A stretch of 64,000 nucleotides of DNA from Rebecca billardiae RCC1528 (taxonomy: Eukaryota; Protista; Haptophyta). Location of the stretch: NCBI GenBank assembly GCA_965240325.2, contig OZ251222.1:744001-808000 (forward strand), read 5' to 3'. This document shows positions 45,201 through 53,234 of the stretch, in pieces; within the stretch, counting starts at the first letter, position 1; the number at the start of each line of letters is the position of its first letter. The notes beneath the pieces are model-generated. The model worked only from the letters and a program-made list of their open reading frames with translations, did not search any database and had not been told where the DNA came from. The position numbers and the translations under genes are program-made.

Positions 45201-48200
45201 GCCAGCGAGTGCGGCGGCAGCTGCAGCACCGCGGTGCGCGCGGACGCGAGGCGCGCGAGCAGCACGTCCGTCGCGGCGGCGAGCTCGCCGGCGGAGGCGC
45301 TGCTCGCGTTCGCGCCGCCGCCCGCCTGCGCCGCGCCCTCGAGCGCCCAGCTGAACACCATCCCCGGCTCGAAGCTCGGCGGCCAGCACGGCGCGAGCTG
45401 CGCGCGCCCGCTCAGCAGCGTGGGCTCGGAGGCGCGCGCGCGCAGCTCGGGCGCGCCGTCGATGGCGAGGATCGGGCTGGCGCCGTCGCCGCGCGACACG
45501 GGCCACTCGACGGGCGCGGAGGGCACGCCGAGGAAGGACGTGACGCGCAGCACGAACACGAACGAGCCGCTCACGCCGAGCTCGGTCGGCGAGGCCGCAC
45601 CGGGCCCGCCGAGCGAGAGCTGAGGCGTGCGCGCCGGCAGCGCGCTCAGCCGCGCGTTAAGCGACGCCGCGCGCGCCGAGCGGCTCGGGTCGACGCGCCA
45701 CTCAAAGGTGGCGGGCCCGATGCCGCCGCGCAACGACGAGGAGCCGTCGAGCGCGAGCGACGCGCCCGGGCACGCCGAGAGCACTGCCGGGCCCGACACG
45801 GCCGCGACGGGCGTCGGGCACGGCACGCCCTCGCCGCACGGCGCGTCCGCGTCGATGGCGGCGCGCGAGGCGGCAGAGGCAAGGGCGGCGGCGCACGGCG
45901 TGCCGCACTGCTCGGGGCGCAGTGCGCCCGCGCGCACGCCCACCTCCAAGCCGGCGCGCACGAGCGTCGCCGAGCTCAGCCGCGCGACGAGCGTCGAGTC
46001 GTCCGCCCAGTAGCACTGCGGCGGCGTAGCCACGGCCGCGGCCGCGCCGCCGGCGACCAGCGCGACGGTGTCGTCGTCGAGGACGCGCGAGCACTCGCCC
46101 ATGCCGCTGCCCATGCCCGCGCGGTCGGTCGGCTGCGCGTCGAAGCGCAGCACCATCAGCGTCGCCGCGCCATTGAACGCCACCCCTTCGAGCACGGGCG
46201 CGTGCAGACCGACGAACGTGAACGCGAGCGCGCCCGCGGCCGGCGGCGTCGCGGCGGCCGCGGGCGTGAACTGCTGGCCGTTGAGCGAGACGCGGAGCTG
46301 CGCGCGGCCCGCGGCGCCGTACCGCGTGGAGACGACAACCTCGTCCACTGCGACGCGCGCCGGCGGCTGTGCGGGCGCGTCGCCAAAGCGCACGGCCAGC
46401 AGCGCGCCGCCGGCCAGCGCGTCGAAGCCTGCGCCCCCGATCGTCACCTCCGTGCCGCCGTTCGCGTCGCCGCTCGCCGGGCTGACGGAGCCGAGGGTGG
46501 GCGGGTCGTACGCGAGGAAGGGCAGCGCCGAGGCGGTGGTCGAGTCGGCGCTGCCGCCGCCAAGCGAGAGCTCGAGCGCCACGCTGCCCGCCGCGCCGCC
46601 CAGCGGCGGCGGTAGCACGCAGCGCGCGCGGCTCAGGGTTGGCTCCGCCGCCGACGGCGGCAGCAGCCTCGCCGCCGCCGCGCAGCCGCCGCCGCCGAGC
46701 ACGCAGCACAGCTGGCCCTCGCCGTACTCGGCAAAGCCCGAGCCCACGAGCGTGACCGCCGTGCCGCCGCCCACCGGCCCGCCCGGCGGGCGCAGCTCGA
46801 GCACCGACACGGCCGCCATGTCGTACAGCTCAAACGAGACCGGGCCAAAGAGCCCGGAGACATCCACGTCCGTGGACGCGCCCACGGCACCGAGGGCGAG
46901 GCCGACGGTGTACGCGCCCGCGGCGGAGGGCGCGCCGGACGAGGCGGCGGCGGGCATGGCGCAGCGCACCCGCGCGTCGCTCAGCACCGTCGCGCCTGAG
47001 AGCAGCGGGCCGCCACCGTCCCCGCCGCCGCCGTCGGCGCGCGTGAAGGCGCACTGGACCTCGCCAAACGCGCCGCCGGCCAGGCTGTCAAAGCCCGCAC
47101 CCTCGAGCTCGAGCGCCGCGTCGTCCGAGCCGAGCGGCGCGCCCTCGCGGCTGCCACTGCGCACGCTCACGCGGATCGCGGGCGGCGGCGGCGGGGGCGG
47201 GCTGGGCGGCGGCAGAGGCGGCGGAGAGCTCGGCGGCGGGCCCGGCGGCGGTGATAGCGGCGGTGACGCCGGTGTCGGCGGTGGCGAGCTGGGCGATGGT
47301 GACGGAGGCGGGCTCGGCGGCGGGCTCGGCGGCGCTGGCGGCGGGTATGGCTCTGTGCGCGGCGGCGGCGGCGGTGTCGGCGGCACCGGTGGCGGGCGCG
47401 GCGGCGGGGCGCGCGGCAGCGGCGGTGGCGGCGGCGTGGGCGGCGCGCCCGGCGGCACGCTCGGCGGCGCGCTCGGCGGCGATGGCGGCGGCGATGGCGG
47501 CGGCATGGACGGTGGGAGCGGCGGTGGGGCCAGCTGCGCGACAGGTGGCGGCGCTGGAGGTAGGCTCGGCGGCGACGATGGCGGTGGCGAGCTCGGTGGC
47601 GCGCTCGGCGGCGCATTCGGAGGCAGGCTCGGCGGCGGCCGGCTCGGCGGTGGCGGGCTTGGCGGCGGCCTCGGCGGCGGTGAGGGCGGAGAAGCGGGCG
47701 GCGGGCTCGGTGGTGACGTGGGAGGCGGGCTGGGCGGCGGCAGAGGCGGTGGTGGGCTCGGTGGCGGGCGCGGTGGTGGCTGGTGCGGCGGCGACGGTGG
47801 CAAGCTTGGAGGTGTCGACGGCGGTGGACTCGGCGGCGGCGATGGTGGTGGCAGGCTTGACGGAGGGCTTGGCGGCGGCGTTGGTGGCGGCGCCGGCGGA
47901 GGTGACGGCGGTGGCTTTAGTGGCGGGGACGGCGGCGGGCTTGGTGACGGGCTCGGAGGTGGCGGCACCGGTGGCGGGCGCGGAGGTGGCGATGGCGGTG
48001 GGCGTGGCCGCGGCGACGGCGGCGGCGGGCTCGGCGGTGGGCTCGGTGGCGGGCTTGGTGGCGGCGATGGGGGCGGGCTCGGCGGCGGCGGTGCCGGCGG
48101 CGGGCTCGGCGGTGGCGACGGTGGTGGGCTCGAAGGCGGCGATGGCGGTGGCGGACTTGGCGGCGGGCTGGGAGGCGAGCTCGGCGGTGGCGACAGCGGT

Positions 48201-51200
48201 GGGCTCGGCGGCGGTGGGCTTGGCGGTGGGCTCGGCGGTGGGCTCGGCGGCGGGCTCGGCGGTGGGCTCGGAGGCGGCGGTGCGGGTGGCGGGCTCGGCG
48301 GCGGCGACGGCGGAGGTCTCGGCGGCGGCGACGGCGGCGGCGGGCTCGGCGGTGGGCTCGGTGGTGGGCTCGGCGGTGGCGACGGCGGTGGGCTAGGAGG
48401 CGGTGGGCTCGGCGGCGGGCTCGGCAGCGCGCTCGGAGGCGGGCTCGGCGGTGGGCTCGGCGGCGGTGGGCTCGGCGGCGGGCTGGAAGGCGGGCTCGGC
48501 GGCGGGCTCGGCGGCGGGCTCGGCGGTGGCGGGCTCGGTGGCGGGCTCGGCGGCGGGCTCGGAGGTGGGCTCGGCGGTGGCGATGGCGGTGGCGGGCTGG
48601 GTGGCGGGCTCGGTGGCGCGCTCGGCGGCGGGCTGGGCGGTGGCGACGGTGGCGGTGGGCTTGGGGGCGGGCTGGGGGGTGGGCGTGGCGGCGGCGACGG
48701 CGGTGGGCTCGGAGGCGGCGGGCTTGGGGGCGGGCTTGGGGGAGGCGACGGCGGCGGGATCGGAGGCAGCGACGGCGGTGGCGGGCTCGGCGGCGGGCTC
48801 GGCGGCGGGCTTGGCGGCGGCGACGGCGGTGGACTCGGCGGCGGCGGGCTTGGCGGCGGGCTCGGCGGCGGGCTTGGAGGCGGTGGGCTTGGCGGCGGGC
48901 TCGGCGGCGGGCTTGGAGGCGGGCTCGGCGGCGGCGATGGCGGCGGCGGAGAGGGAGGCGGCGACGGCGGTGGCGATGGCGGTGGCGATGGCGGCGGCGA
49001 TGGCGGCGGCGGGCTCGGCGGCGGGCTCGGTGGCGGCGATGGCGGCGGGCTTGGAGGCGGGCTCGGCGGTGGCGAAGGCGAAGGCGGTGGCGAAGGTGGT
49101 GGTGTCGGCGGCGGGCTCGGAGGCGGCGACGGCGGCGGCGGGCTCGGCGGCGGGCCCGGCGGCGGGCTCGGCGGCTGGCGCGGCGGCGGGCTCGGCGGCG
49201 GGCTCGGCGGCGGCGGGCTCGGCGGCGGGCTCGGCGGCGGGCTCGGCGGCGGGCTCGGCGGCGGGCTCGGCGGCGGTGATGGTGGCGGTGGAGAGGGCGG
49301 CAGGGAGGGCGGTGGAGACAGCGGGGGCGATGGCGGTGGAGATGGCGGCGGCGGCGATGGTGGCGGGCTCGGCGGCTGGCGCGGCGGCGGGCTCGGCGGC
49401 GGGCTCGGCGGCGGCGGGCTCGGCGGCGGGCTCGGCGGCGGGCTCGGCGGCGGGCTCGGCGGCGGTGATGGTGGCGGTGGAGAGGGCGGCGGGGAGGGCG
49501 GTGGAGATGGTGGAGGCGAGGGCGGTGGGGATGGCGGCGGTGGGCTGGGCGGCGGACGCGGTGGCGGCGATGGCGGTGGGCTGGGCGGCGGGCTTGGTGG
49601 CGGTGGCGATGGCGGTGGCGATGGCGGTGGGTTCGGCGGCGGGCCAGGCGGTGGGCTCGGTGGTGGGCTCGGGGGCGGGCTCGGCGGAGGTGACGGCGGT
49701 GGTGACGGCGGTGGTGGACTCGGCGGAGGGGCCGGTGGTGGAAATGGTGGCGGGCTCGGTGGTGGGCTCGGCGGCGGGGATGGTGGCGGGCTCGGTGGAG
49801 GGCTCGGCGGCGGCGATGGTGGCGGCGGCGAAGGCGGTGGCGAAGGTGGTGGTGTGGGCGGCGGGCTCGGAGGCGGGCTCGGCGGCGGCGGGCTGGGCGG
49901 TGGGCTGGGCGGTGGGCTGGGCGGCGGGCTGGGCGGCGGACTCGGTGGCGGGGTGGGTGGCGGGCTGGGCGGTGGCGACGGCGGCGGGCTCGGCGGCGGG
50001 CGTGGAGGCGGGCTCGGTGGCGGCGATGGCGGCGGCGGAGAGGGAGGCGGCGACGGCGGCGGTGATGGCGGGGGCGATGGCGGCGGTGATGGCGGCGGTG
50101 GGCTCGGCGGCGGGCTCGGTGGCGGCGATGGCGGCGGGCCCGGCGGTGGCGATGGCGGCGGGCTCGGCGGCGGCGGGCTCGGCGGCGGCGATGGCGGTGG
50201 CAATGGTGGTGGGCTCGGTGGCGGTGATGGCGGCGGCGGCGATGGTGGCGGGCTCGGCGGTGGGCTCGGTGGTGGGCTCGGCGGCGGGCTTGGAGGCGGT
50301 GGGCTTGGCGGCGGGCTCGGCGGCGGGCTTGGAGGCGGGCTCGGCGGTGGCGATGGCGGCGGCGGAGAGGGTGGCGGCGACGGCGGTGGCGATGGCGGTG
50401 GCGATGGCGGCGGCGATGGCGGCGGCGGGCTCGGCGGCGGGCTCGGTGGCGGCGACGGCGGCGGGCTCGGCGGCGGGCTCGGCGGCGGTGGGCTTGGCGG
50501 CGGGCTCGGCGGCGGGCTTGGAGGCGGGCTCGGTGGCGGCGATGGCGGCGGCGGAGAGGGAGGCGGCGACGGCGGTGGCGATGGCGGTGGCGATGGGGGC
50601 GGCGATGGCGGCGGTGGGCTTGGCGGCGGGCTCGGAGGCGGGCTCGGCGGGGGTGGGCTCGGCGGCGGGCCCGGCGGCGGGCTCGGCGGTGGCGACGGAG
50701 GCGGGCTCGGCGGCGGCGGGCTCGGCGGTGGCGACGGCGGCGGGCTCGGCGGCGGGCGTGGAGGCGGGCTCGGCGGCGGCGATGGCGGCGGCGGAGAGGG
50801 AGGCGGCGACGGCGGCGGGGATGGCGGGGGCGATGGCGGTGGTGATGGCGGCGGTGGGCTCGGCGGCGGGCTCGGTGGCGGCGATGGCGGCGGGCCCGGC
50901 GGTGGCGATGGCGGCGGGCTCGGCGGCGGCGGGCTCGGCGGCGGCGATGGCGGTGGCAATGGTGGTGGGCTCGGTGGCGGTGATGGCGGCGGCGGCGATG
51001 GTGGCGGGCTCGGCGGTGGGCTCGGTGGTGGGCTCGGCGGCGGGCTTGGAGGCGGTGGGCTTGGCGGCGGGCTCGGCGGCGGGCTCGGCGGCGGGCTCGG
51101 CGGTGGCGATGGCGGCGGCGGAGAGGGAGGCGGCGACGGCGGTGGCGATGGCGGTGGCGATGGCGGCGGCGATGGCGGCGGCGGGCTCGGCGGCGGGCTC

Positions 51201-52948
51201 GGTGGCGGCGACGGCGGCGGGCTCGGCGGCGGGCTCGGCGGCGGTGGGCTTGGCGGCGGGCTCGGCGGCGGGCTTGGAGGCGGGCTCGGTGGCGGCGATG
51301 GCGGCGGCGGAGAGGGAGGCGGCGACGGCGGTGGCGATGGCGGTGGCGATGGGGGCGGCGATGGCGGCGGTGGGCTTGGCGGCGGGCTCGGTGGCGGCGA
51401 TGGCGGTGGGCTCGGCGGCGGGGTGGGTGGCGGTGGCGAAGGCGGTGGCGAAGGTGGTGGTGTCGGTGGCGGGCTCGGAGGCGGGCTCGGCGGCGGTGGG
51501 CTCGGCGGCGGGCCCGGCGGCGGGCTCGGCGGTGGCGACGGAGGCGGGCTAGGCGGCGGCGGGCTCGGCGGCGGCGACGGCGGTGGCAATGGTGGCGGGC
51601 TCGGCGGCGGTGATGGCGGCGGCGGCGATGGTGGCGGGCTCGGCGGTGGGCTCGGTGGTGGGCTCGGCGGCGGGCTTGGAGGCGGTGGGCTGGGTGGCGG
51701 GCTCGGCGGCGGGCTTGGAGGCGGGCTCGGCGGCGGCGACGGCGGTGGCGGCGAGGGTGGCGGCGACGGCGGCGGAGATGGCGGGGGCGATGGCGGTGGA
51801 GATGGCGGCGGCGGCGATGGTGGCGGGCTCGGCGGCTGGCGCGGCGGCGGGCTCGGCGGCGGGCTCGGCGGCGGCGGGCTCGGCGGCGGGCTCGGCGGCG
51901 GGCTCGGCGGCGGGCTCGGCGGCGGCGATGGTGGCGGTGGAGAGGGCGGCGGGGAGGGCGGTGGAGATGGCGGAGGCGAGGGCGGTGGGGATGGCGGCGG
52001 TGGGCTGGGCGGCGGGCGCGGTGGCGGCGATGGCGGTGGGCTGGGCGGCGGGCTTGGTGGCGGTGGCGATGGCGGTGGCGATGGCGGTGGGTTCGGCGGC
52101 GGGCCAGGCGGTGGGCTCGGTGGTGGGCTCGGGGGCGGGCTCGGCGGAGGTGACGGCGGTGGTGACGGCGGTGGTGGACTCGGCGGAGGGGCCGGTGGTG
52201 GAAATGGTGGCGGGCTCGGTGGTGGGCTCGGCGGCGGGGATGGTGGCGGGCTCGGTGGAGGGCTCGGTGGCGGCGATGGTGGCGGTGGCGAAGGCGGTGG
52301 CAAAGGTGGTGGTGTGGGCGGCGGGCTCGGAGGCGGGCTCGGCGGCGGCGGGCTGGGCGGTGGGCTGGGCGGTGGGCTGGGCGGCGGGCTGGGCGGCGGA
52401 CTCGGTGGCGGGGTGGGTGGTGGGCTTGGCGGCGGCGACGGTGGTTGCGACGGTGGTGGCGGACTCGGCGGTGGCGATGGCGGTGGCGATGGTGGCGGGC
52501 TTGGCGGCGGGCTCGGTGGCGGAGGCGACGGCGGCGGGCTCGGCGGTGGGCCCGGCGGCGGGCTTGGCGGCGGCGGGCTCGGCGGCGGGCTCGGCGGCGG
52601 GCTCGGCGGCGGGCTCGGCGGCGGCGATGGCGGCGGCGGCGAGCGTGGCGGTGGAGACGGCGGAGGCGACGGCGGCGAACAGTCACCACTGCCCTTGCCC
52701 CCTCCGCCGCAGGGCTCGGTCAGGCGACGGCGGCGAGCAGTCACCAATGCCCTTCTCCATACCCGATGCGCCGCGCGTTTCCAGCCGAGCTCGTCGCCCG
52801 CCGAGACGCCGGAGGCATCGAGCCCGGCAGACGTGGCCGAGATCTTCTGCTCACGTGCGATACTCACGTACTGCACGACCACGGCGCCCGGCGCGACTGC
52901 GAGCAGCAGCACCGCCGCTCGAGTGAGCGCCCTCTTGCGCGGTCGCAT
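39287..52948 (-). CDS. giant polycystin-1/REJ-like receptor: signal peptide, ~1800-aa Ser-Pro repeat, IPT/TIG repeats, PKD/REJ, GAIN/GPS, TM helices, IQ motif, EF-hand pair
   Basis: 4553-aa ORF; P.GGP..GGT.VT..G.GF IPT motifs; LDGSSS and DASASFDPD REJ motifs; NRPPYGG; GPS CVWWD...W..DGC...CACTHLTDF; MQRVFRGRRAR; DADDSGHVDLAEF and DSDGDGVISFTEL. Confidence 0.85.
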   Translation of the reverse strand: MRPRKRALTRAAVLLLAVAPGAVVVQYVSIAREQKISATSAGLDASGVSAGDELGWKRAAHRVWRRALVTARRRRLTEPCGGGGKGSGDCSPPSPPPSPPPRSPPPPSPPPSPPPSPPPSPPPSPPPPSPPPGPPPSPPPSPPPPSPPPSPPPSPPPSPPPSPPPPSQPPSPPPSPPPTPPPSPPPSPPPSPPPSPPPSPPPPSPPPSPPPTPPPLPPPSPPPPSPPPSPPPSPPPSPPPSPPPSPPPFPPPAPPPSPPPPSPPPSPPPSPPPSPPPSPPPGPPPNPPPSPPPSPPPPSPPPSPPPSPPPRPPPSPPPPSPPPSPPPSPPPSPPPSPPPPSPPPSPPPSPPPSPPPSPPPPSPPPSPPPRQPPSPPPSPPPPSPPPSPPPSPPPSPPPSPPPPSPPPSPPPSPPPSPPPSPPPPSPPPSPPPSPPPSPPPSPPPPSPPPSPPPLPPPSPPPSPPPPSPPPSPPPSPPPGPPPSPPPPSPPPSPPPTPPPSPPPSPPPPTPPPSPPPSPPPSPPPSPPPPSPPPSPPPSPPPSPPPSPPPPSPPPSPPPSPPPSPPPSPPPPSPPPSPPPSPPPSPPPSPPPPSPPPSPPPSPPPSPPPSPPPPSPPPSPPPSPPPSPPPSPPPPSPPPSPPPSPPPSPPPSPPPPSPPPSPPPLPPPSPPPSPPPPSPPPSPPPGPPPSPPPSPPPSPPPPSPPPSPPPSPPPSPPPSPPPPSPPPSPPPRPPPSPPPSPPPSPPPPSPPPSPPPSPPPGPPPSPPPPSPPPSPPPSPPPPSPPPSPPPSPPPSPPPSPPPPSPPPSPPPSPPPSPPPSPPPPSPPPSPPPSPPPSPPPSPPPPSPPPSPPPSPPPSPPPSPPPPSPPPSPPPSPPPSPPPSPPPPSPPPSPPPSPPPSPPPSPPPPSPPPSPPPLPPPSPPPSPPPPSPPPSPPPGPPPSPPPSPPPSPPPPSPPPSPPPSPPPSPPPSPPPPSPPPSPPPRPPPSPPPSPPPSPPPTPPPSPPPSPPPSPPPSPPPSPPPPSPPPSPPPTPPPSPPPSPPPPSPPPSPPPSPPPSPPPSPPPSPPPFPPPAPPPSPPPPSPPPSPPPSPPPSPPPSPPPGPPPNPPPSPPPSPPPPSPPPSPPPSPPPRPPPSPPPPSPPPSPPPSPPPSPPPSPPPPSPPPSPPPSPPPSPPPSPPPPSPPPSPPPRQPPSPPPSPPPPSPPPSPPLSPPPSLPPSPPPPSPPPSPPPSPPPSPPPSPPPSPPPPSPPPSPPPRQPPSPPPGPPPSPPPPSPPPSPPPTPPPSPPPSPSPPPSPPPSPPPSPPPSPPPSPPPPSPPPSPPPSPPPSPPPSPPPPSPPPSPPPSPPPSPPPSPPPPSPPPSPPPSPPPPSPPPSPPPSPPPSPPPSPPPPSLPPIPPPSPPPSPPPSPPPPSPPPSPPPRPPPSPPPSPPPPSPPPSPPPSAPPSPPPSPPPPSPPPSPPPSPPPSPPPSPPPPSPPPSPPPSPPSSPPPSPPPPSPPPSPPPSALPSPPPSPPPPSPPPSPPPSPPPSPPPSPPPPSPPPRPPPSPPPSPPPAPPPPSPPPSPPPSPPPSPPPSPPPPSPPLSPPPSSPPSPPPSPPPPSPPSSPPPSPPPSPPPAPPPPSPPPSPPPSPPPSPPPSPPPPSPRPRPPPSPPPRPPPVPPPPSPSPSPPPSPPLKPPPSPPPAPPPTPPPSPPSSLPPPSPPPSPPPSTPPSLPPSPPHQPPPRPPPSPPPPLPPPSPPPTSPPSPPPASPPSPPPRPPPSPPPPSRPPPSLPPNAPPSAPPSSPPPSSPPSLPPAPPPVAQLAPPPLPPSMPPPSPPPSPPSAPPSVPPGAPPTPPPPPLPRAPPPRPPPVPPTPPPPPRTEPYPPPAPPSPPPSPPPSPSPSSPPPTPASPPLSPPPGPPPSSPPPLPPPSPPPPPPPAIRVSVRSGSREGAPLGSDDAALELEGAGFDSLAGGAFGEVQCAFTRADGGGGDGGGPLLSGATVLSDARVRCAMPAAASSGAPSAAGAYTVGLALGAVGASTDVDVSGLFGPVSFELYDMAAVSVLELRPPGGPVGGGTAVTLVGSGFAEYGEGQLCCVLGGGGCAAAARLLPPSAAEPTLSRARCVLPPPLGGAAGSVALELSLGGGSADSTTASALPFLAYDPPTLGSVSPASGDANGGTEVTIGGAGFDALAGGALLAVRFGDAPAQPPARVAVDEVVVSTRYGAAGRAQLRVSLNGQQFTPAAAATPPAAGALAFTFVGLHAPVLEGVAFNGAATLMVLRFDAQPTDRAGMGSGMGECSRVLDDDTVALVAGGAAAAVATPPQCYWADDSTLVARLSSATLVRAGLEVGVRAGALRPEQCGTPCAAALASAASRAAIDADAPCGEGVPCPTPVAAVSGPAVLSACPGASLALDGSSSLRGGIGPATFEWRVDPSRSARAASLNARLSALPARTPQLSLGGPGAASPTELGVSGSFVFVLRVTSFLGVPSAPVEWPVSRGDGASPILAIDGAPELRARASEPTLLSGRAQLAPCWPPSFEPGMVFSWALEGAAQAGGGANASSASAGELAAATDVLLARLASARTAVLQLPPHSLAAGWAYDLALTASMAAAPAQASTARVRVLVARQPLRAVIAGGDRRVPSSLRLAVDASASFDPDAPTADGGDGGTPPLSFAWSVANASSLEPVALEPSAANTSGALFELAPGTLPPGVYALTVRVSAPGRAPAAASVALEAVPGAVPTLGFEPLGRRKWPAVFERNPDRLTIIARLDAASRALEAAGQARFSYEWSARRVGAAGALEPAGLDLADSERVTTTGAALRTVAFRSGVLAPGATYAFRLAVLGGAQPAYTEVRVTINRPPYGGGLAVAPASGVALQTSFALYAAGWAVDDEEDLPLSYAFSQAPLGAAVADAAALGAASASASAAALLPAGNRTLTVRVADALGGAAHAHAAVAVAPPGEGAGLLDSVLTRAYAAVATGAAETATQLVSALADALDATPAGGDNATVASATLARLLELTAGAAEASAPTAEARAASASALAAVLEAAPPGAFDASAQAAGLEQVAALASQSAASGVDGPTAAALLRAADAALSADADADAPPSAAEAEAVGAAATSAVGALATALLAGTVPGEAPFEAVGKAINVSAARADAGALSNITLPGPGSAGSVGVPASVFGGVPLELLEGGVDVVLWSSARNVHGDPSTQANGTAVASGLVTPVFSVTLYSASAGLALTISDLPDDGRVLVEVPGLDGAGGAGEWGCVWWDEGSSAWLDDGCETVVARADDGAPARYCACTHLTDFAGVSVPSSADGAREDVESFTINTLSVDELGRPLASAPSLETNPYIYGAVIGLSAACALSVALLGALDARDARRRRARLAALTSRLHPALPPPKGAAPDSPTAKGSESARSGASSESRTTRGGSFSFSRQGLRTLRGRGGTDAERRRAAADAAQRSTDRAMERLARKEAAERELKRAAAREARRTGGAPPGAPSSAPASFAKPPPPPPPADGGAATAVASDGAAVQTLAQAIAAGLASRPSTGAEAEPHEAVRQTRADSRGDIADRLEARLDALDDLVAQKRHAAAASMQRVFRGRRARAAVATVAPPAAPRGADRTRDHAATALLRRVLIKIQSDHSLLGILFADPQDAKRAELAQTFWNIAMLGLVITCMLYSGSDAPEAGGSSERVNVVHAVLTALLTAALTAPALALFRALFRWGYGRRAAPLSKRVFAAFLRAELQEREAERAPFSLSVRKGVASALLQREASRSTSRSTSRSGSFSSSFGGSSFGRRRRRRFSDRRSGGSWLRFELPSMAAPAAAKAATEVRPGLSPPTPGRVGAPFALIDPLHDDSGDDEPGGAAATPTPPPQPSPVPSPRGLLENTGGGGGGLLGAEGAAGAGGGAAWSAAPDADSAEGAADAAQRPSASAVAADAASASVRATAPAARPKPPPPRNAPPAPPESRHAGNGARAAAPAPEAAAGSAAGLAAVMIDAASRGPADAPSRPPPVLPPSACAPKHTRLSASPGSTTGSSGGRTPQHAAPVSFGPASQERRETASEMPARIERVSTASSAESDARVHPGPPRPVGLPPAGGVPRANPRLRVSPLDTAAATAVSPQADEAGDGASGASSARRFSQSHSSRSVGTPSPVRSPPALDGSDGPADSSAGSPGIRGVTIAAACAQAEDGAEARGAEAPPAMPPPEPVLTPHGIAGSIRPGSRGSNRSDASAAGRHGDRGTSPDTPSSRRRSGSRDSRKADALRRASPRAGPELAPTAGGDDTADEGELSGATRLPVMLPEQSPPSSPPVPQPPSSTGAPPADSSANPLTADTAAPPAADTATPAAAAPDGASATMQPSAGHNLDEVTIELLRHKFKLFDADDSGHVDLAEFGALLDNLGFRLGKRRVRALAKELDSDGDGVISFTELVDWYDEMVEDEVAAAARAEAGLRGVLTRALRATALPPRVRLALAWLSMWAIFVALALLAMAYAFSFGNEQTRYLLFSWTLAEGQTLSIEEPVVIAVVVLVPVLFDRLLANGGATGEAINELLATTVGICVHWMHTVGTC
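47170..52680 (-). repeat. coding SPPP/SPPPP tandem repeat with higher-order duplications
   Basis: 12/15-nt units; diagnostic variants recur at 2460-bp (49741/52201) and 756-bp (50201/50957) spacing. Confidence 0.95.
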
Positions 52949-53234
52949 GCGACCAGGTTCCTCGCAGGCTCGGCGGCCTCGATTCTCGAGTGATGTTCCG
53001 CGGTTGCGAGCTCATCAATCCATTCATTTTAGGCCCTATTCATTACGTTACCCACCATATTCATCGCAGGCAATGCAACTCGCAAGCCGATTGACGTAAC
53101 CATAAAGTCATACACGTAGTCGTATCTGTATGTATTCGTAATACTAATGTCGTTATCCAATGTGGTTTAAGCCCGTTTATTAACCTCTCGTTGTGTCATT
53201 ACATATTAACGACGTGGTATGCAAATGGAATGAA

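Noticed and set aside
1-52948. Functional cluster of P4H, GT8 and the Pro-rich protein for Hyp-glycoprotein synthesis
   Set aside because: The genes are 18-40 kb apart with many unrelated genes between; no evidence of linkage.
46068-53099. 2343-aa Gly-rich ORF and the Ala- or Arg-rich ORFs over the repeat
   Set aside because: Antisense or alternative-frame shadows of the SPPP repeat; only the minus frame has a signal peptide and real domains.
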